A program made the translations under genes and the position numbers. The notes under the pieces are model-generated. The model saw only the letters and a program-made list of their open reading frames with translations. It ran no database searches and was not told the DNA's origin. Below, one piece after another: positions 62,895-64,000 of a stretch of 64,000 nucleotides of DNA. The stretch is from positions 14,510,001 to 14,574,000 of the forward strand of contig NC_086118.1 of assembly GCF_963921235.1 (NCBI RefSeq), read 5' to 3'. The stretch comes from Mobula hypostoma (taxonomy: Eukaryota). Position 1 is the first letter of the stretch. Each line of letters begins with the position of its first letter.

Positions 62895-64000
62895 CTCTGA
62901 ACAGTAACCAGGATGTGAGCTACAAATTACAATGGGAGATAGAAAAGGCATGTTAAAAGGCTAGTGTTGCGATGATCATGTGGGATTTCAATATGCAGGT
63001 AGATTGGTAAAATTCAATTGGCACTAGATCCCAAGAGAGGAAATTTGTAGAAAGCCTATGAAATTGCTTTTTCAATCTGTTTGTGGTTGAGCACACTTGG
63101 GGAAAGGCAATTCTGGATTGGGTGTTTTGTACTGACCCAGATTTGATTATGGAGCTTAAGGTTATGGAACCCTTAGGAATCAGTGATCATAATATGATAG
63201 ATCTCACTGTGCAGATTGAGGAGGAGAGTAACAGTATTACAGTGGAGTAAAGGGAGTTACAGAGGCATGAGAGAGAAGCTGTCCAAAGTTATTTGGAAGG
63301 GGTCACTATCAGGGATGATGGCAGAACAGTAATGGCTTGTGTTTCTAGGGGAAATACGGAAGGTGCAGGAAAGGTACATCCCAAAGATGAAGAAGTATTC
63401 TAATGGGAGAATGACACAACAGTGGCTGACAAGGGAAGTCAAAGACGGTGTACAAGCATAAGAGAGGGCATATAATGTCGCAAACATTAGTGGAAAGGTA
63501 GAGTATTGGGAAGCTTTTAAAAACCAAAAGAAGGCAACTAAAATAGCCATGAAGAGTGAAAAGATGAAATATGAAGGTAGGCCATCCAATAATATTAAAG
63601 AGAATAAAAAAGTTTTTCAGATCTATAAAGGGTTAAAGAAAAATGAGAGTGGATACCAGACTACTCGAAAATGATACAATGACACTGGAGAGGCAGTAAT
63701 GGGTGATTAAGAAATGGCAGACAAACATAGTAGTATTTGGATTAGACTTGACTGTGGCAGATAGTAACTAGCAGAAAGACAGAAATGCTAGCTTGTTAGG
63801 GGGCAGAGTGAGTATCACTGATATTACTAATGAGAAGGCGCTTGTAAGCTAAAAGATCTGAATTCACCAGGCCCAGATGGAGTACAGCCAGGTTTCTGAA
63901 AGAGGTAGCTGAAAATATTGTTGAGACATTAGTAATGATCTTTAATAAATCACTAGGTTCTGGAATGGTTCCTGAGTACAGAAAATTTGCAAATTCACTC
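62895..64000 (+). mobile_element. Degenerate CR1 ORF2 (endonuclease end to RT start), runs off the window
   Basis: DFN, ILDWV, SDHNMI and SPGPDG-like motifs with stops. Confidence 0.8.

Overview
Vertebrate genomic DNA, most likely from a cartilaginous fish (inferred from V-domain HE1-like SINEs with CR1-type tails, CR1, Rex/Babar, L1-clade and Penelope-like elements). Much of the window is nested retroelement debris, and nearly all long ORFs in the track are LINE or Penelope fragments. One host gene is supported on the + strand. It has two clean phase-0 exons (14969-15196 and 54082-54186, separated by a 38.9 kb intron) encoding a divergent sarcomeric myosin S2 rod segment. A candidate ATG-containing first coding exon (11795-11935) encodes a short acidic non-motor peptide, which suggests a headless myosin-rod protein. 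Other notable items: a chimeric retrocopy in which an I/Nimb-type LINE 3' end is fused to the apparently spliced 5' end of AATF; several Penelope-derived inverted insertions carrying minimal hammerhead ribozyme motifs, including a near-perfect 251 bp hairpin; a 67 bp locally templated insertion inside a LINE tail; and a palindromic hAT-type MITE. Family names and homologies come from motif recognition and remembered sequences, not database searches. Boundaries of degenerate elements are approximate.
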